Below are positions 9,451-18,724 of a DNA stretch of 64,000 bases, in pieces (the stretch's first letter is position 1; every line of letters starts with the position of its first letter). The stretch lies in the IMG/VR virus record IMGVR_UViG_3300034101_006340, positions 32,001-96,000 of that record. One strand, given 5' to 3'. The position numbers were made by a program, and so were the translations under genes. Below the pieces are notes generated by a model. It was not told the origin of the DNA. It made no database searches and saw only the letters and a program-made list of their open reading frames with translations. Source of the stretch: a virus.

Positions 9451-9478
9451 ATCATAGATATTTGTCTGTACCGGTCAA
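9451..9478 (-). promoter_or_regulatory. Leftward sigma70-type promoter of the minus-strand sugar operon
   Basis: On the minus strand: TTGACC (9478-9473), 16 nt, TATGAT (9456-9451), then AAGGA and the ATG at 9427. Confidence 0.65.
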
Positions 9479-9489
9479 GAATCTTGACC
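9473..9489. repeat. Perfect 8-1-8 palindrome GGTCAAGA-A-TCTTGACC containing both -35 boxes
   Basis: Read directly from the sequence. Confidence 0.9.
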
Positions 9490-9511
9490 ATAGACATTGT
9501 TAACTTATAAT
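9484..9511 (+). promoter_or_regulatory. Rightward sigma70-type promoter of the plus-strand sugar operon
   Basis: TTGACC (9484-9489), 16 nt, TATAAT (9506-9511); ATG at 9536. Confidence 0.7.
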
Positions 9512-9535
9512 AGTTTGTTTCCACAGAGACTGAAA

Positions 9536-10402
9536 ATGATTATAGCCATAGCTTCGGATCATAATGGGATTGCTCTCAAACAATCCATTAAAACTTTTCT
9601 GATAAATAAATCTTATAAAGTTATTGATCTCGGACCATACTCGAATGAAACTGTTAATTATACAGATTATGCTGATCAACTTGCGCATATTGTTTCCAAC
9701 ACAGAAGTAGATAGAGGAATTTTGATATGTGGTACTGGCGTTGGTATGAGCATTGTAGCAAATAGACACAAAAATGTTAGAGCTGTTTTGGCACACAACA
9801 TGATAACGGCAACCAAGTCGAGAGAGCATAATAATGCCAATGTTTTATGTTTGGGGTCTTGGGTAAATAATGAGCCAGATAATCTGGACATTCTTGATGC
9901 TTGGCTATCGGAATCGTGGGGAGAAGGCAGACACGTTAAAAGAGTAGAAGTAATAGACCAAAAAGACACAGGCATTGTATTAACAAACGGTGTGTTCGAC
10001 ATCATGCATAAAGGTCATCTTGAGCTTTTAAAGTTTGCAAAAAAACAAGGCACCAAATTAGTTGTAGCGATTGATTCCGATGCTAGAGTTAAACTGCTCA
10101 AAGGTCCAAGCCGACCAATTAACAATGAAATAGATAGAAAAAGCTTACTGGAATCTAATATCTATGTTGATGAAGTGATTATTTTTAATACACAGGAAGA
10201 ACTGATTAATTTATATGCCTCAGTTAGGCCGTCTGTTGTGGTTAAAGGCTCGGAATGGACCGCTGATCAAGTACGAGAGCAAGATCATATACCAGATAAT
10301 ATTCAAATTAAATTATATCCATTATTTAAAGATTATTCTACAACCAGCACAATAAAAAACATAAAAGACATTCCAACATGGCAGAAAATAAAAAACTACT
10401 AA
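9536..10402 (+). CDS. rpiB: Fusion of RpiB (ribose-5-P isomerase B-like) and an HldE/RfaE domain II-type (HxGH) nucleotidyltransferase
   Basis: SDHNG, ICGTGVGM, EHNNAN, EGRHVKRV; then TNGVFDIMHKGH, DSDARVKLLKGPSRPIN, VKGSEW, STTSTI. Start moved from TTG 9497 to ATG 9536 because the TTG lies within the promoter. Confidence 0.9.
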   Translation: MIIAIASDHNGIALKQSIKTFLINKSYKVIDLGPYSNETVNYTDYADQLAHIVSNTEVDRGILICGTGVGMSIVANRHKNVRAVLAHNMITATKSREHNNANVLCLGSWVNNEPDNLDILDAWLSESWGEGRHVKRVEVIDQKDTGIVLTNGVFDIMHKGHLELLKFAKKQGTKLVVAIDSDARVKLLKGPSRPINNEIDRKSLLESNIYVDEVIIFNTQEELINLYASVRPSVVVKGSEWTADQVREQDHIPDNIQIKLYPLFKDYSTTSTIKNIKDIPTWQKIKNY

Positions 10403-11142
10403 TTATAGGCGACACTATTGTAGACCAATATATTTTTACTCAGGCTTTAGGGCTGAGTCTAGAATCACCATGCATAAAAACCAAATTTATAAATTCTCAA
10501 AGCATGTATGGTGGTGCTGCTAATGTTGCTAGGATAGCCTCCTATCTTGGAGCAGAAGTATCTTTTATTACTTCTGTTAGTAAAATTACCGAGTACCAGC
10601 TTTCTACTCAGTATCAAATTAAAGTTATTAATATAAAAGAACCCAAAGATAATATTAAAAGCAGATACTTTATACAAAAACAAAACACTATTTATCAGTA
10701 TCTACAAATTAATGATTGTATGGAAAATCAACAAGAAGCTAATCTTGTATTAGATCAAGATTATGACACTATTGCTTTTTCTGATTATAGACTCGGATTA
10801 ATAGATCAAAATATTTTAAACATAATCAAAGACAAAAATACCACTACCTATGCAGCATCACAGGTTTCTTCAAACAATCCCAATTTTGAATTATACAATT
10901 GGGTGAATCATATTGTTTGCAACGAAGAAGAATCTCAATACTTGCCTACCTTAGAAAATATTTTCGTTACTAAGGGACACAGAGGGTGTTCGTACAACGG
11001 CAAAGACTACCCTGCATACCCGGTTTCTTCTGTAAAACAGATTATTGGTGCTGGCGACTGCTTTTATGCTGCATTATTAGTATTTAATGATCCAGACAAG
11101 GCTAATGAGATAGCGGCTAAATATGTGGCCAAAGAATTATAA
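10378..11142 (+). CDS. PfkB-family kinase, HldE/RfaE domain I-like (heptose-7-P kinase-like)
   Basis: LLIIGDTIVDQY, GGAANVA, FSDYRLG, VTKGHRG, IIGAGDCFYAA. Confidence 0.85.
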   Translation: MAENKKLLIIGDTIVDQYIFTQALGLSLESPCIKTKFINSQSMYGGAANVARIASYLGAEVSFITSVSKITEYQLSTQYQIKVINIKEPKDNIKSRYFIQKQNTIYQYLQINDCMENQQEANLVLDQDYDTIAFSDYRLGLIDQNILNIIKDKNTTTYAASQVSSNNPNFELYNWVNHIVCNEEESQYLPTLENIFVTKGHRGCSYNGKDYPAYPVSSVKQIIGAGDCFYAALLVFNDPDKANEIAAKYVAKEL

Positions 11143-11822
11143 TGAATACATCAGAACTTTGCGTCAGGCTTAATAAGCAATTGTATGATCACAAAATAAC
11201 ATTGCATACCTGGGGTAATGTAAGTGTATACGACAGCAAGACTGGAAATATTTATATAAAGCCTTCCGGTGTTTCATTTGATGATCTAACTGTTGATCAA
11301 ATTTCTATTATAGATCATAATGGAAAACAACATAGTGGTTTAAAACCGTCCGTAGACACCCCCATACACAACGCAATATATAAAGCATTTCCACAAATTA
11401 GATCTATTCTTCATACGCACTCAAAATATACTACAATATGGTGTCAGTGTCGTAAGAATATTCCTATATTAGGTACCACACATGCAGATTATTTTCCTGG
11501 CCCGATCCCTGTTCTTGATCTTCCTAATAATTTTGATTTTGATGCTTACGAAACAAATTTAGGTAATCTAATTGTTAATTATTTTATAGAGCAAAAAGCA
11601 CAACCAGAACGCACTGGGGCTGTTCTTCTGGCCAATCATGGAGTTTTTGTATTTAGCGACAAACCTGAAACTATTATAGAAAAAACTATAACCCTAGAAT
11701 TTATTGCTGAACTAGCAATGTGTTGTGAGATCCTAGGTATTAATCATAAAGATAATACGAGTCTTTTTAATAAACATTTTGAAAGAAAACATGGAGTTAA
11801 TAAATATTATGGACAGTCCTAA
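11142..11822 (+). CDS. araD: L-ribulose-5-phosphate 4-epimerase (class II aldolase fold)
   Basis: WGNVS, IKPSGV, KPSVDTPIH, HTHS, GTTHADYF, LLANHGVF and C-terminal RKHGVNKYYGQ. Confidence 0.9.
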   Translation: MNTSELCVRLNKQLYDHKITLHTWGNVSVYDSKTGNIYIKPSGVSFDDLTVDQISIIDHNGKQHSGLKPSVDTPIHNAIYKAFPQIRSILHTHSKYTTIWCQCRKNIPILGTTHADYFPGPIPVLDLPNNFDFDAYETNLGNLIVNYFIEQKAQPERTGAVLLANHGVFVFSDKPETIIEKTITLEFIAELAMCCEILGINHKDNTSLFNKHFERKHGVNKYYGQS

Positions 11823-12219
11823 ATATGGCAAGCAAACTATTGACGAGCCATTTCGTCCTCCAGAGTCGCTCGAAAAATACTGGGGAAATATACAAAATAT
11901 TTTTAATAATGAATCACTAGTATTAAAAATCATAACTATGAATAAAAATACTCAAAGCAGTCTAGAGTACCATGTAACAAAAGATGAATACTATTATCTT
12001 ATTAAAGGCACACTAAAAGTAGGCATGAGGATTGGTAGAGCTAAAAATATTTCTAGAACATTAAATCAAGGAGAAATATTTTATATACCAAGAGGCTTGA
12101 TGCACATGAGGATTGCTTTGGAGGATTGTGTCATTCTAGAGTGGTCTAATGTTGACAACGACGAAGATTCGAATATAGTAGAAGATGGACGCACATACAC
12201 ACACCAGGAGTCTATATGA
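11809..12219 (+). CDS. Cupin protein (sugar isomerase-like)
   Basis: KYWG, SSLEYHVTKDEYYYLIKG, IPRGLMH, ILEWS; start placed at the second in-frame ATG to reduce overlap with araD. Confidence 0.75.
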   Translation: MDSPKYGKQTIDEPFRPPESLEKYWGNIQNIFNNESLVLKIITMNKNTQSSLEYHVTKDEYYYLIKGTLKVGMRIGRAKNISRTLNQGEIFYIPRGLMHMRIALEDCVILEWSNVDNDEDSNIVEDGRTYTHQESI

Positions 12220-12896
12220 GACAGCTTTTTTTAGATACCGCTAATCTGGAAACAATCAGGACATATCACGCTAAGGGTATAATAAATGGAGTGACAACTA
12301 ATCCGTCTCTAATATCCAAAGAACCCAAACAGAATTTCGATCAACTGATAGAACAGATATGGATTTATTGTGCATCCAATAGTTTATCGTTTAGCGTAGA
12401 AGTATTTGCTGTTGAACCAAAAGCTATTGTAGAACAAGTATTTTCTTTAACTAGTAAACTACTTAGTGTTTTTCACAACAGAAATCTTCTGTACATCAAA
12501 ATACCTGTCGGACTAGAAGAACTAGACTGTATTAGATACTTATCTGAAATTGGTATTAATGTTAATTGCACATGTGGATACACTACAACACAGATGGAGT
12601 TAGCAGCATTGGCTGGAGCAAAATATGTTTCTGTATTTTATAATAGAGCTAAAGATCTAGGTATTGATTCTTTAGAATCTATAAGGCAGATCAGAGCTTT
12701 TATAGACACAAATAATTTAGATACACAAATTATTGCTGGTAGTATACGTAATCCTTCTGATATTTCCGATACTTGGAATGCTGGTGCAGACATTGTTACG
12801 TGTGGACCAAAAATTATAGACTCAGCTATTTTCCATGAAGGTACCAAAAAGTCTGTTGAAGGATTTATGAAAGATTTTAATGATTGGATACAATGA
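12216..12896 (+). CDS. tal: Transaldolase (TalC/FSA family)
   Basis: FLDTAN, GVTTNPSL, SVEV, IKIP (Schiff-base Lys), NVNCT, IIAGSIR, GADIVT. Confidence 0.9.
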   Translation: MRQLFLDTANLETIRTYHAKGIINGVTTNPSLISKEPKQNFDQLIEQIWIYCASNSLSFSVEVFAVEPKAIVEQVFSLTSKLLSVFHNRNLLYIKIPVGLEELDCIRYLSEIGINVNCTCGYTTTQMELAALAGAKYVSVFYNRAKDLGIDSLESIRQIRAFIDTNNLDTQIIAGSIRNPSDISDTWNAGADIVTCGPKIIDSAIFHEGTKKSVEGFMKDFNDWIQ

Positions 12897-13636
12897 TTTA
12901 TTCTCAAATTAGAAAAAATTTAGTACATCGTTTAATAGATATATCTTATAAGAATAAAGAAGGCCATATAGGTAGCTCATTATCTATTTTAGACTTATTA
13001 TATGGGATTTATCATAGCTACAATTTATTTGATCAGTTTGTTTTATCAAAGGGTCATGCCTCATTAGGGCTGTATGTTATACTAGAACATTTTGATTTGC
13101 TTCATGATTCTTTAGATAATTTTTGTAAGTTTGATTCTCGTCTAGGGGGACATCCATACTGTTATTCAGATTCTAGTATTCAGTGCGCTACTGGATCTTT
13201 GGGACACGGATTTCCTTTTGCTTTAGGACTATCAATGGCAAAAAAAATACAGAAAGACATCGGCAGAGTCTATTGTATAATAGGAGACGGAGAAGCTAAT
13301 GAAGGGACCATATGGGAAACAGCTTTATTGGCTTCTCATATGAAAATAAACAATCTATATTGCATAATGGATTATAACCATTCTGGAGACAGAGCACTGG
13401 GTCTTGGTAATATAATTGAAAAATTTGAGGCTTTTGGCTGGGATTCGACAGAGATTGATGGACACAACATGTCTGAAATTTTAAATGCACTAAAGTATCG
13501 ATCCTCCAAACCATTTTTTATTCTTGCTCATACCATCAAAGGATATGGGATACCGAGTATACATAATAATCCTGAATGGCATCATAAGTCTCCTAATGAA
13601 TCTGAATACCAATTTCTAGTATCTCAATTACAATAA
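12893..13636 (+). CDS. Transketolase, N-terminal (TPP-binding) subunit
   Basis: GHIGSSLS, LSKGHA, LGGHP, TGSLGHG, GDGEANEG..W, DGH, HTIKGYG, WHH; the ATG at 12893 forms an ATGA overlap with the tal stop. Confidence 0.9.
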   Translation: MIYSQIRKNLVHRLIDISYKNKEGHIGSSLSILDLLYGIYHSYNLFDQFVLSKGHASLGLYVILEHFDLLHDSLDNFCKFDSRLGGHPYCYSDSSIQCATGSLGHGFPFALGLSMAKKIQKDIGRVYCIIGDGEANEGTIWETALLASHMKINNLYCIMDYNHSGDRALGLGNIIEKFEAFGWDSTEIDGHNMSEILNALKYRSSKPFFILAHTIKGYGIPSIHNNPEWHHKSPNESEYQFLVSQLQ

Positions 13637-13654
13637 ATAAGCGAAGAAAAATAA

Positions 13655-14338
13655 ATGAAACACGATAAACCAATATGTGGTAGTAATATTGCTAAAGTTA
13701 ATAGATATATTAGTAATGCTAATATAGTATTCGAAATAGGGGCTTATGATGGCGTCGATATCGAAGAAATTAACCAGCTTTGGAATAACCCCATCATTCA
13801 TTGTTTTGAACCAGATCCAGAACCATTTGAGATATTGAATACATATGCTTCAGAAAAAATAATATGTAATAATATTGGACTTTTCGATAAAGAAGATAAA
13901 ACCATACTATATAAAGTACTTAATAAAAATCTTGGCGAAGCAGAACAAAAAAATAGAAGTCTGTGGTATAAAACTGCTCAATCTTTATATCCAATAAATA
14001 CAAACTATTATGGATATCCAAGAGATATTGGCCTACAGGAAGTAGAAATTAATGTATCTACTATAGATAACTACTGTAAAAAATACAACATTATGCCAAA
14101 TATTATTCTGATGGATACACAAGGTAGTGAATATGATATTTTAATCGGAGCACAAAACACATTAAAAAACAATAATTTAAAAGGTATTATGCTGGAATGG
14201 TCTACAGACACACTGTATACTGGTCAAAAAAAATTAAATGATATCACAACACTACTTGAAACAACCGGTTTTGTATTGGCAGAAAAAATTAATTTATGGA
14301 ATGCAATTCATGGTGATGCTATCTTTATAAGAAAATAA
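13655..14338 (+). CDS. FkbM-family SAM-dependent methyltransferase
   Basis: FEIGAYDG, HCFEP, TIDNY, LMDTQGSEYDILIG, IMLEWS, GDAIF. Confidence 0.85.
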   Translation: MKHDKPICGSNIAKVNRYISNANIVFEIGAYDGVDIEEINQLWNNPIIHCFEPDPEPFEILNTYASEKIICNNIGLFDKEDKTILYKVLNKNLGEAEQKNRSLWYKTAQSLYPINTNYYGYPRDIGLQEVEINVSTIDNYCKKYNIMPNIILMDTQGSEYDILIGAQNTLKNNNLKGIMLEWSTDTLYTGQKKLNDITTLLETTGFVLAEKINLWNAIHGDAIFIRK

Positions 14339-15217
14339 ATGCGTAAACAATTTGCTAAAACACTCCAGAATATTCTATATAAAGACTCCAATTCCGTATT
14401 GTTATTAGGAGATATAGGCGTATTTGCTTTTAGAAAAGAAATAGAAGAATTATCAGACAGAGTATATAATATAGGAATTTTAGAACAATCCACTGTTAGT
14501 TTAGCCGCTGGGCTATCTAAAAATGGTATAATTCCTTTTGTTCATACAATAGCTCCCTTTATGGTAGAAAGAGCTTTTGAACAAATCAAAATAGATTTTG
14601 GCTATCAGAATTTAAATGGCAATTTCATTAGCGTCGGCTCTTCTTACGATTATGCTGGGCTTGGTTGTACTCATCATTGTCCTGGCGATGTGTCTTTGAT
14701 GCTAACTGTGGAAAATATGCACATATTTTTACCTGGCAATAGTAAAGAATTAGACGATTTAGTTAATCAATCGTATGTTTTAAAGCATCCAAAATATTAT
14801 AGATTAAGTGAATATGAGCACAGCTTATCTCTAGAATTAGAGTATGGTAAAGCCAAGCTTATTAAGCGAGGTCAAAAAGCAACCATAATATGTTATGGTC
14901 CGATGCTTCAACAGGTATATGAAGCAACAGAAGATTTGGATGTGACAGTTCTTTATTACAATACCGTATACCCGTTCGACTGCAAAACTTTGCTGGACAA
15001 CTTGAGTCAAAACATTATTATATGTGAGCCATTCTATATTGGTACAACTAATTATCTTATTACAAACGCTATAAAAAACACATATTATAAAATACATAAT
15101 ATTGGTGTGCCAAGAAAATTTTTGAAAAATTATGGCAATAAACAAGACCATGATCAATTTTTAAGTTTGGACACAACCGGTATAAAAAATCAAATAGAAT
15201 CATGCTTGATATCATAA
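14339..15217 (+). CDS. Transketolase, C-terminal subunit
   Basis: MRKQF, NIGILEQ, AAGL, THH, YYRL and CEPF motifs of the pyrimidine-binding and C domains. Confidence 0.9.
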   Translation: MRKQFAKTLQNILYKDSNSVLLLGDIGVFAFRKEIEELSDRVYNIGILEQSTVSLAAGLSKNGIIPFVHTIAPFMVERAFEQIKIDFGYQNLNGNFISVGSSYDYAGLGCTHHCPGDVSLMLTVENMHIFLPGNSKELDDLVNQSYVLKHPKYYRLSEYEHSLSLELEYGKAKLIKRGQKATIICYGPMLQQVYEATEDLDVTVLYYNTVYPFDCKTLLDNLSQNIIICEPFYIGTTNYLITNAIKNTYYKIHNIGVPRKFLKNYGNKQDHDQFLSLDTTGIKNQIESCLIS

Positions 15218-16227
15218 CTGATGATTGCCAGAATATAGCCGATAAAATTAATAGCACCAAATTAGCTAACAAAAAAATCTTAATAACGGGTGCCACAGGA
15301 TTGATAGGTCTACATTTGGCTAAATCAATAATATCTATTAAACAAAATAATAAACTTGTTTGTCTATTTAATTCAGAGATAGATCCTAAAATAAGACCCC
15401 TATTCGATGACAACAATTTGTCTTGTGTTGCCTATGATCTTACTGATTTGAATTGGAAGTATTTAAATGAATTTGTTGCTGAGTTTGATATTATCATTCA
15501 TGCTGCTGGATATGGTCAACCAAATAGATTTACTGCTAATAAAATAAAAACAATATCACTAAATACAGAAATTACACATAGATTATTTAACCATTTAAAG
15601 CCGGGGGGAACTTTTTTATTTTGCAGTACTAGCGAAATATATAGTGGTTTAGAAAAAAATAATATTTCTGAGGATGATATTGGTGCAACTCAGCCAGATC
15701 ATCCAAGATCATGTTATATAGAAGGCAAAAGATGTGGGGAAGCCATATGCCACGCTATTAAAGATCAATATCCCGATAAGCAATATAATATTAAAATAGC
15801 GAGAATTAGCTTAGCATATGGTCCCGGAACTAGAATCAATGATGCTAGAGTATTAAATAATCTTATTCAAAAGGCTATACAAAACAATAAGATAGAATTA
15901 TTAGATAATGGTAGTGCTATTAGAACTTATGGTTATATTACAGATATTACTGAAATGCTATTGAATATTATGTTGCACGGTCAACACTCAACATATAATA
16001 TAGCTGGTCAATCTCGATTATCTATACTAGAATTAGCCTCAAAAGTAGCATCTCTGACCGATAGTCCTTTAATAGTGCCTGAAAGCACTAATGGTTTGGC
16101 GGGTAATCCTAAAAATGTTAACTTATGTTTAGATAGATATGCTAAAGAATTTCATAAATCAGACTTTATAGACATAGATACTGGATTACAAAAAACAATT
16201 CAATGGCAAAGGTTTTTATATGCATAG
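15202..16227 (+). CDS. NAD-dependent epimerase/dehydratase (UDP-glucuronate decarboxylase-like SDR)
   Basis: ITGATGLIG, HAAG, STSEIY, CYIEGKR, YGPG, RTYGYITD. Confidence 0.85.
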   Translation: MLDIITDDCQNIADKINSTKLANKKILITGATGLIGLHLAKSIISIKQNNKLVCLFNSEIDPKIRPLFDDNNLSCVAYDLTDLNWKYLNEFVAEFDIIIHAAGYGQPNRFTANKIKTISLNTEITHRLFNHLKPGGTFLFCSTSEIYSGLEKNNISEDDIGATQPDHPRSCYIEGKRCGEAICHAIKDQYPDKQYNIKIARISLAYGPGTRINDARVLNNLIQKAIQNNKIELLDNGSAIRTYGYITDITEMLLNIMLHGQHSTYNIAGQSRLSILELASKVASLTDSPLIVPESTNGLAGNPKNVNLCLDRYAKEFHKSDFIDIDTGLQKTIQWQRFLYA

Positions 16228-17146
16228 AATATTAAGTCAAGATATTGAAAAAATATTATCATTACCAGTACCAAAACATATTGCAAATAAATTAGATTCT
16301 ATAGATGAATCTTTAATATATACAGACTTATCACCAGTAGACTATGAACAATATCTTATACATGTTATAAATGTACTAACAACACCCATAACTCAAAGTG
16401 GACCACATAGACTACAAGACTGGGAAAAGGGCTGGAAAGAAAACTTAGTAGAATTTGCTAAAACTCAAAATACTAATTTATTAATACCTAAATATCATGG
16501 TAAACACCGATATGTAAGATGGCAAGGTAGAATAGTTAATCCTGTAACGAAATATTTTGACTATAAAATTCATACATATATTATAGATACTATAATCGAT
16601 CACTATGTAAAAAATATTAATAATATTTATGAATTTGGCTGTGGCCCAGCGTACCACCTACTAAGATTATCTTCTTACTATAACGATAAACAATTCTTTG
16701 GATTAGATTGGACAAGTACATCGCAAGAAATTATTCAGTTGATTAATGAAATAAATAATACGTCTATTATTGGTAATAGATTTGATTTTTTTAGTCCAGA
16801 CTATAATGTAATTATACATCCAAATAGTTTAGTATATACCATAGCGGCGCTCGAACAAGTTGGTAAAAATTTTGTTAATTTTATTGATTATTTACTAAAA
16901 AACAAACCACAAATTTGTATACATCTTGAGCCCATGTCTGAAACATTAAATAAAGATAGTTTGGTTGATTTATTATCTATTAAATATTTTGAAAAACGTA
17001 ATTATTTATCTGGATTCCTAGAATATCTATCGGCTCTTGAAAAACAAAAAAGAATAGAAATCATAGATGTTCGTAGAACATATGCTGGCAGCTATTTTAT
17101 AGAAGGACACTCGCTGGTTGTTTGGAGACCATTAACTAATGATTAG
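16220..17146 (+). CDS. Class I SAM-dependent methyltransferase
   Basis: YEFGCGP glycine motif, GLDW, FDFF, ALEQ. Confidence 0.75.
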   Translation: MHRILSQDIEKILSLPVPKHIANKLDSIDESLIYTDLSPVDYEQYLIHVINVLTTPITQSGPHRLQDWEKGWKENLVEFAKTQNTNLLIPKYHGKHRYVRWQGRIVNPVTKYFDYKIHTYIIDTIIDHYVKNINNIYEFGCGPAYHLLRLSSYYNDKQFFGLDWTSTSQEIIQLINEINNTSIIGNRFDFFSPDYNVIIHPNSLVYTIAALEQVGKNFVNFIDYLLKNKPQICIHLEPMSETLNKDSLVDLLSIKYFEKRNYLSGFLEYLSALEKQKRIEIIDVRRTYAGSYFIEGHSLVVWRPLTND

Positions 17147-17819
17147 TCTACTAATACCCACAAGAAAAAGATTTCATTTTATCAAAAAATCTCTTTCTAG
17201 TGTTGTGCGTCAAGCAGATGACATCAATCAATACGAGGTGTTGTTTGCTATCGATGATGATGATTTAGAAACGAGAGACTTAATAGAACAATATTGTATA
17301 GGACTAAAAATTAACTATAAAATTATTATCTTTAAAAGACTATACTATAAAAATTTTCATATATATGTCTACGAGCTTTTTCAACATGCTTCTGGTCAAT
17401 TATTATGGGCTGCCTATCCTGATGATATGGAAATACTAACACCTCATTGGGATACAATTTTAAATCAAAAATATATAGATAAGCTTTATTTGAAAACTAG
17501 ATTTAAATGCAATGAATATAAAAATAATTATGCTTGTGAATTTGATAGCTGGAAATACTCTGTTGCTCCCATTTTAAACAGAAGATGGTTGGATGCCACT
17601 AAAAGAATCGGATGTAATTCTCAAACTGATGTTTGGTTGGGCACAATAGCGAGCGAGCTTGATATTGTAACTATTGTTGATGAAATTACTTGCGATATTT
17701 TTAACCACGCAGACGGTTCTCAGCACAACACAAGAGATATAGAATTACCTGATATAAAAAAAGAATGGCTTCTAGACAAAACTAATATACAAGAACTTCT
17801 CAATAAGGATCTAAGATGA
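17139..17819 (+). CDS. Glycosyltransferase family 2-like
   Basis: ISLLIPTRKR, EVLFAIDDDD, YPDDM, DVWL. Confidence 0.7.
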   Translation: MISLLIPTRKRFHFIKKSLSSVVRQADDINQYEVLFAIDDDDLETRDLIEQYCIGLKINYKIIIFKRLYYKNFHIYVYELFQHASGQLLWAAYPDDMEILTPHWDTILNQKYIDKLYLKTRFKCNEYKNNYACEFDSWKYSVAPILNRRWLDATKRIGCNSQTDVWLGTIASELDIVTIVDEITCDIFNHADGSQHNTRDIELPDIKKEWLLDKTNIQELLNKDLR

Positions 17820-18724
17820 ATACTTTAGTGACTGGAGGAAAAGGATTAGTTGGCTCCTTTATACCCTTCGGATTAAAGCCAACAAAAGATATATTAAATT
17901 TATTAGACTATCAGGCTTTGGAAAGATATATAGAAAACAATAATATTTCAAGTATCATACATACAGCAGCCAAGGTTGGAGGTGTTCATAGTAATACAAA
18001 GTATGTGTTTGATTTTTTTGTAGACAATCTAAATATTAATACAAACATCCTCAAAGTCTGCCAAAAATATTCTATTAATAAGTCTTTATTTATGATCTCT
18101 ACCTGTGCATTTCCTAAAAATGCTCAACTACCACTACAAACAGAGTCATTGCACAATGGAGAGCCACATGAGACTAACTATGGCTATGCTTATGCAAAAA
18201 GAATGATAGAGGTTGGGATTAGATCATTAAAACAGCAATATAATCTAATGGCGAATTCTATTATTCCATGCAATCTTTATGGAGAGTATGATAATTACCA
18301 TTTAGAGAATGGCCATGTTATTCCTGGTTTAATTCATAAATGCTATCTAGCTAAAAAAAACAATACTACACTAGAAATTTGGGGGTCTGGCAATGCTGAG
18401 AGAGAGTTTATTTATGCAAAAGATATAGCTGATATAATTGATAGTATTCATAAGAATAATCTCTATATAGATGGGCCAATGATAGTATCTCCCGATTCTA
18501 TTATTACTATTAAAGAAATAGTTCATAATATAGTTAAAATTATGAAATTCAATGGTGAAGTATATTTTAATACTACAAAACCAGAGGGTATTCTCAAAAA
18601 AAATTCTTCTAACGCAAAGTTTAGAACACATTTTCCGGATTTTCAATTTACTGCTCTAGAAGAAGGTCTTGGTAAAACAATCGAATACTTTTTATCCAAT
18701 TACTCTTCTGTGCGACAACAATGA
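17816..18724 (+). CDS. fcl: GDP-L-fucose synthase-like epimerase/reductase
   Basis: VTGGKGLVG, AAKVGG, STCAFP, YAYAKR, NLYG, GHVIPGL, WGSG..REF.YA. Confidence 0.88.
   Translation: MNTLVTGGKGLVGSFIPFGLKPTKDILNLLDYQALERYIENNNISSIIHTAAKVGGVHSNTKYVFDFFVDNLNINTNILKVCQKYSINKSLFMISTCAFPKNAQLPLQTESLHNGEPHETNYGYAYAKRMIEVGIRSLKQQYNLMANSIIPCNLYGEYDNYHLENGHVIPGLIHKCYLAKKNNTTLEIWGSGNAEREFIYAKDIADIIDSIHKNNLYIDGPMIVSPDSIITIKEIVHNIVKIMKFNGEVYFNTTKPEGILKKNSSNAKFRTHFPDFQFTALEEGLGKTIEYFLSNYSSVRQQ

Noticed and set aside
12152-12179. TTGACA-16-TATAGT upstream of the transaldolase
   Set aside because: One mismatch plus a suboptimal spacer inside a coupled operon is within chance expectation for AT-rich DNA.
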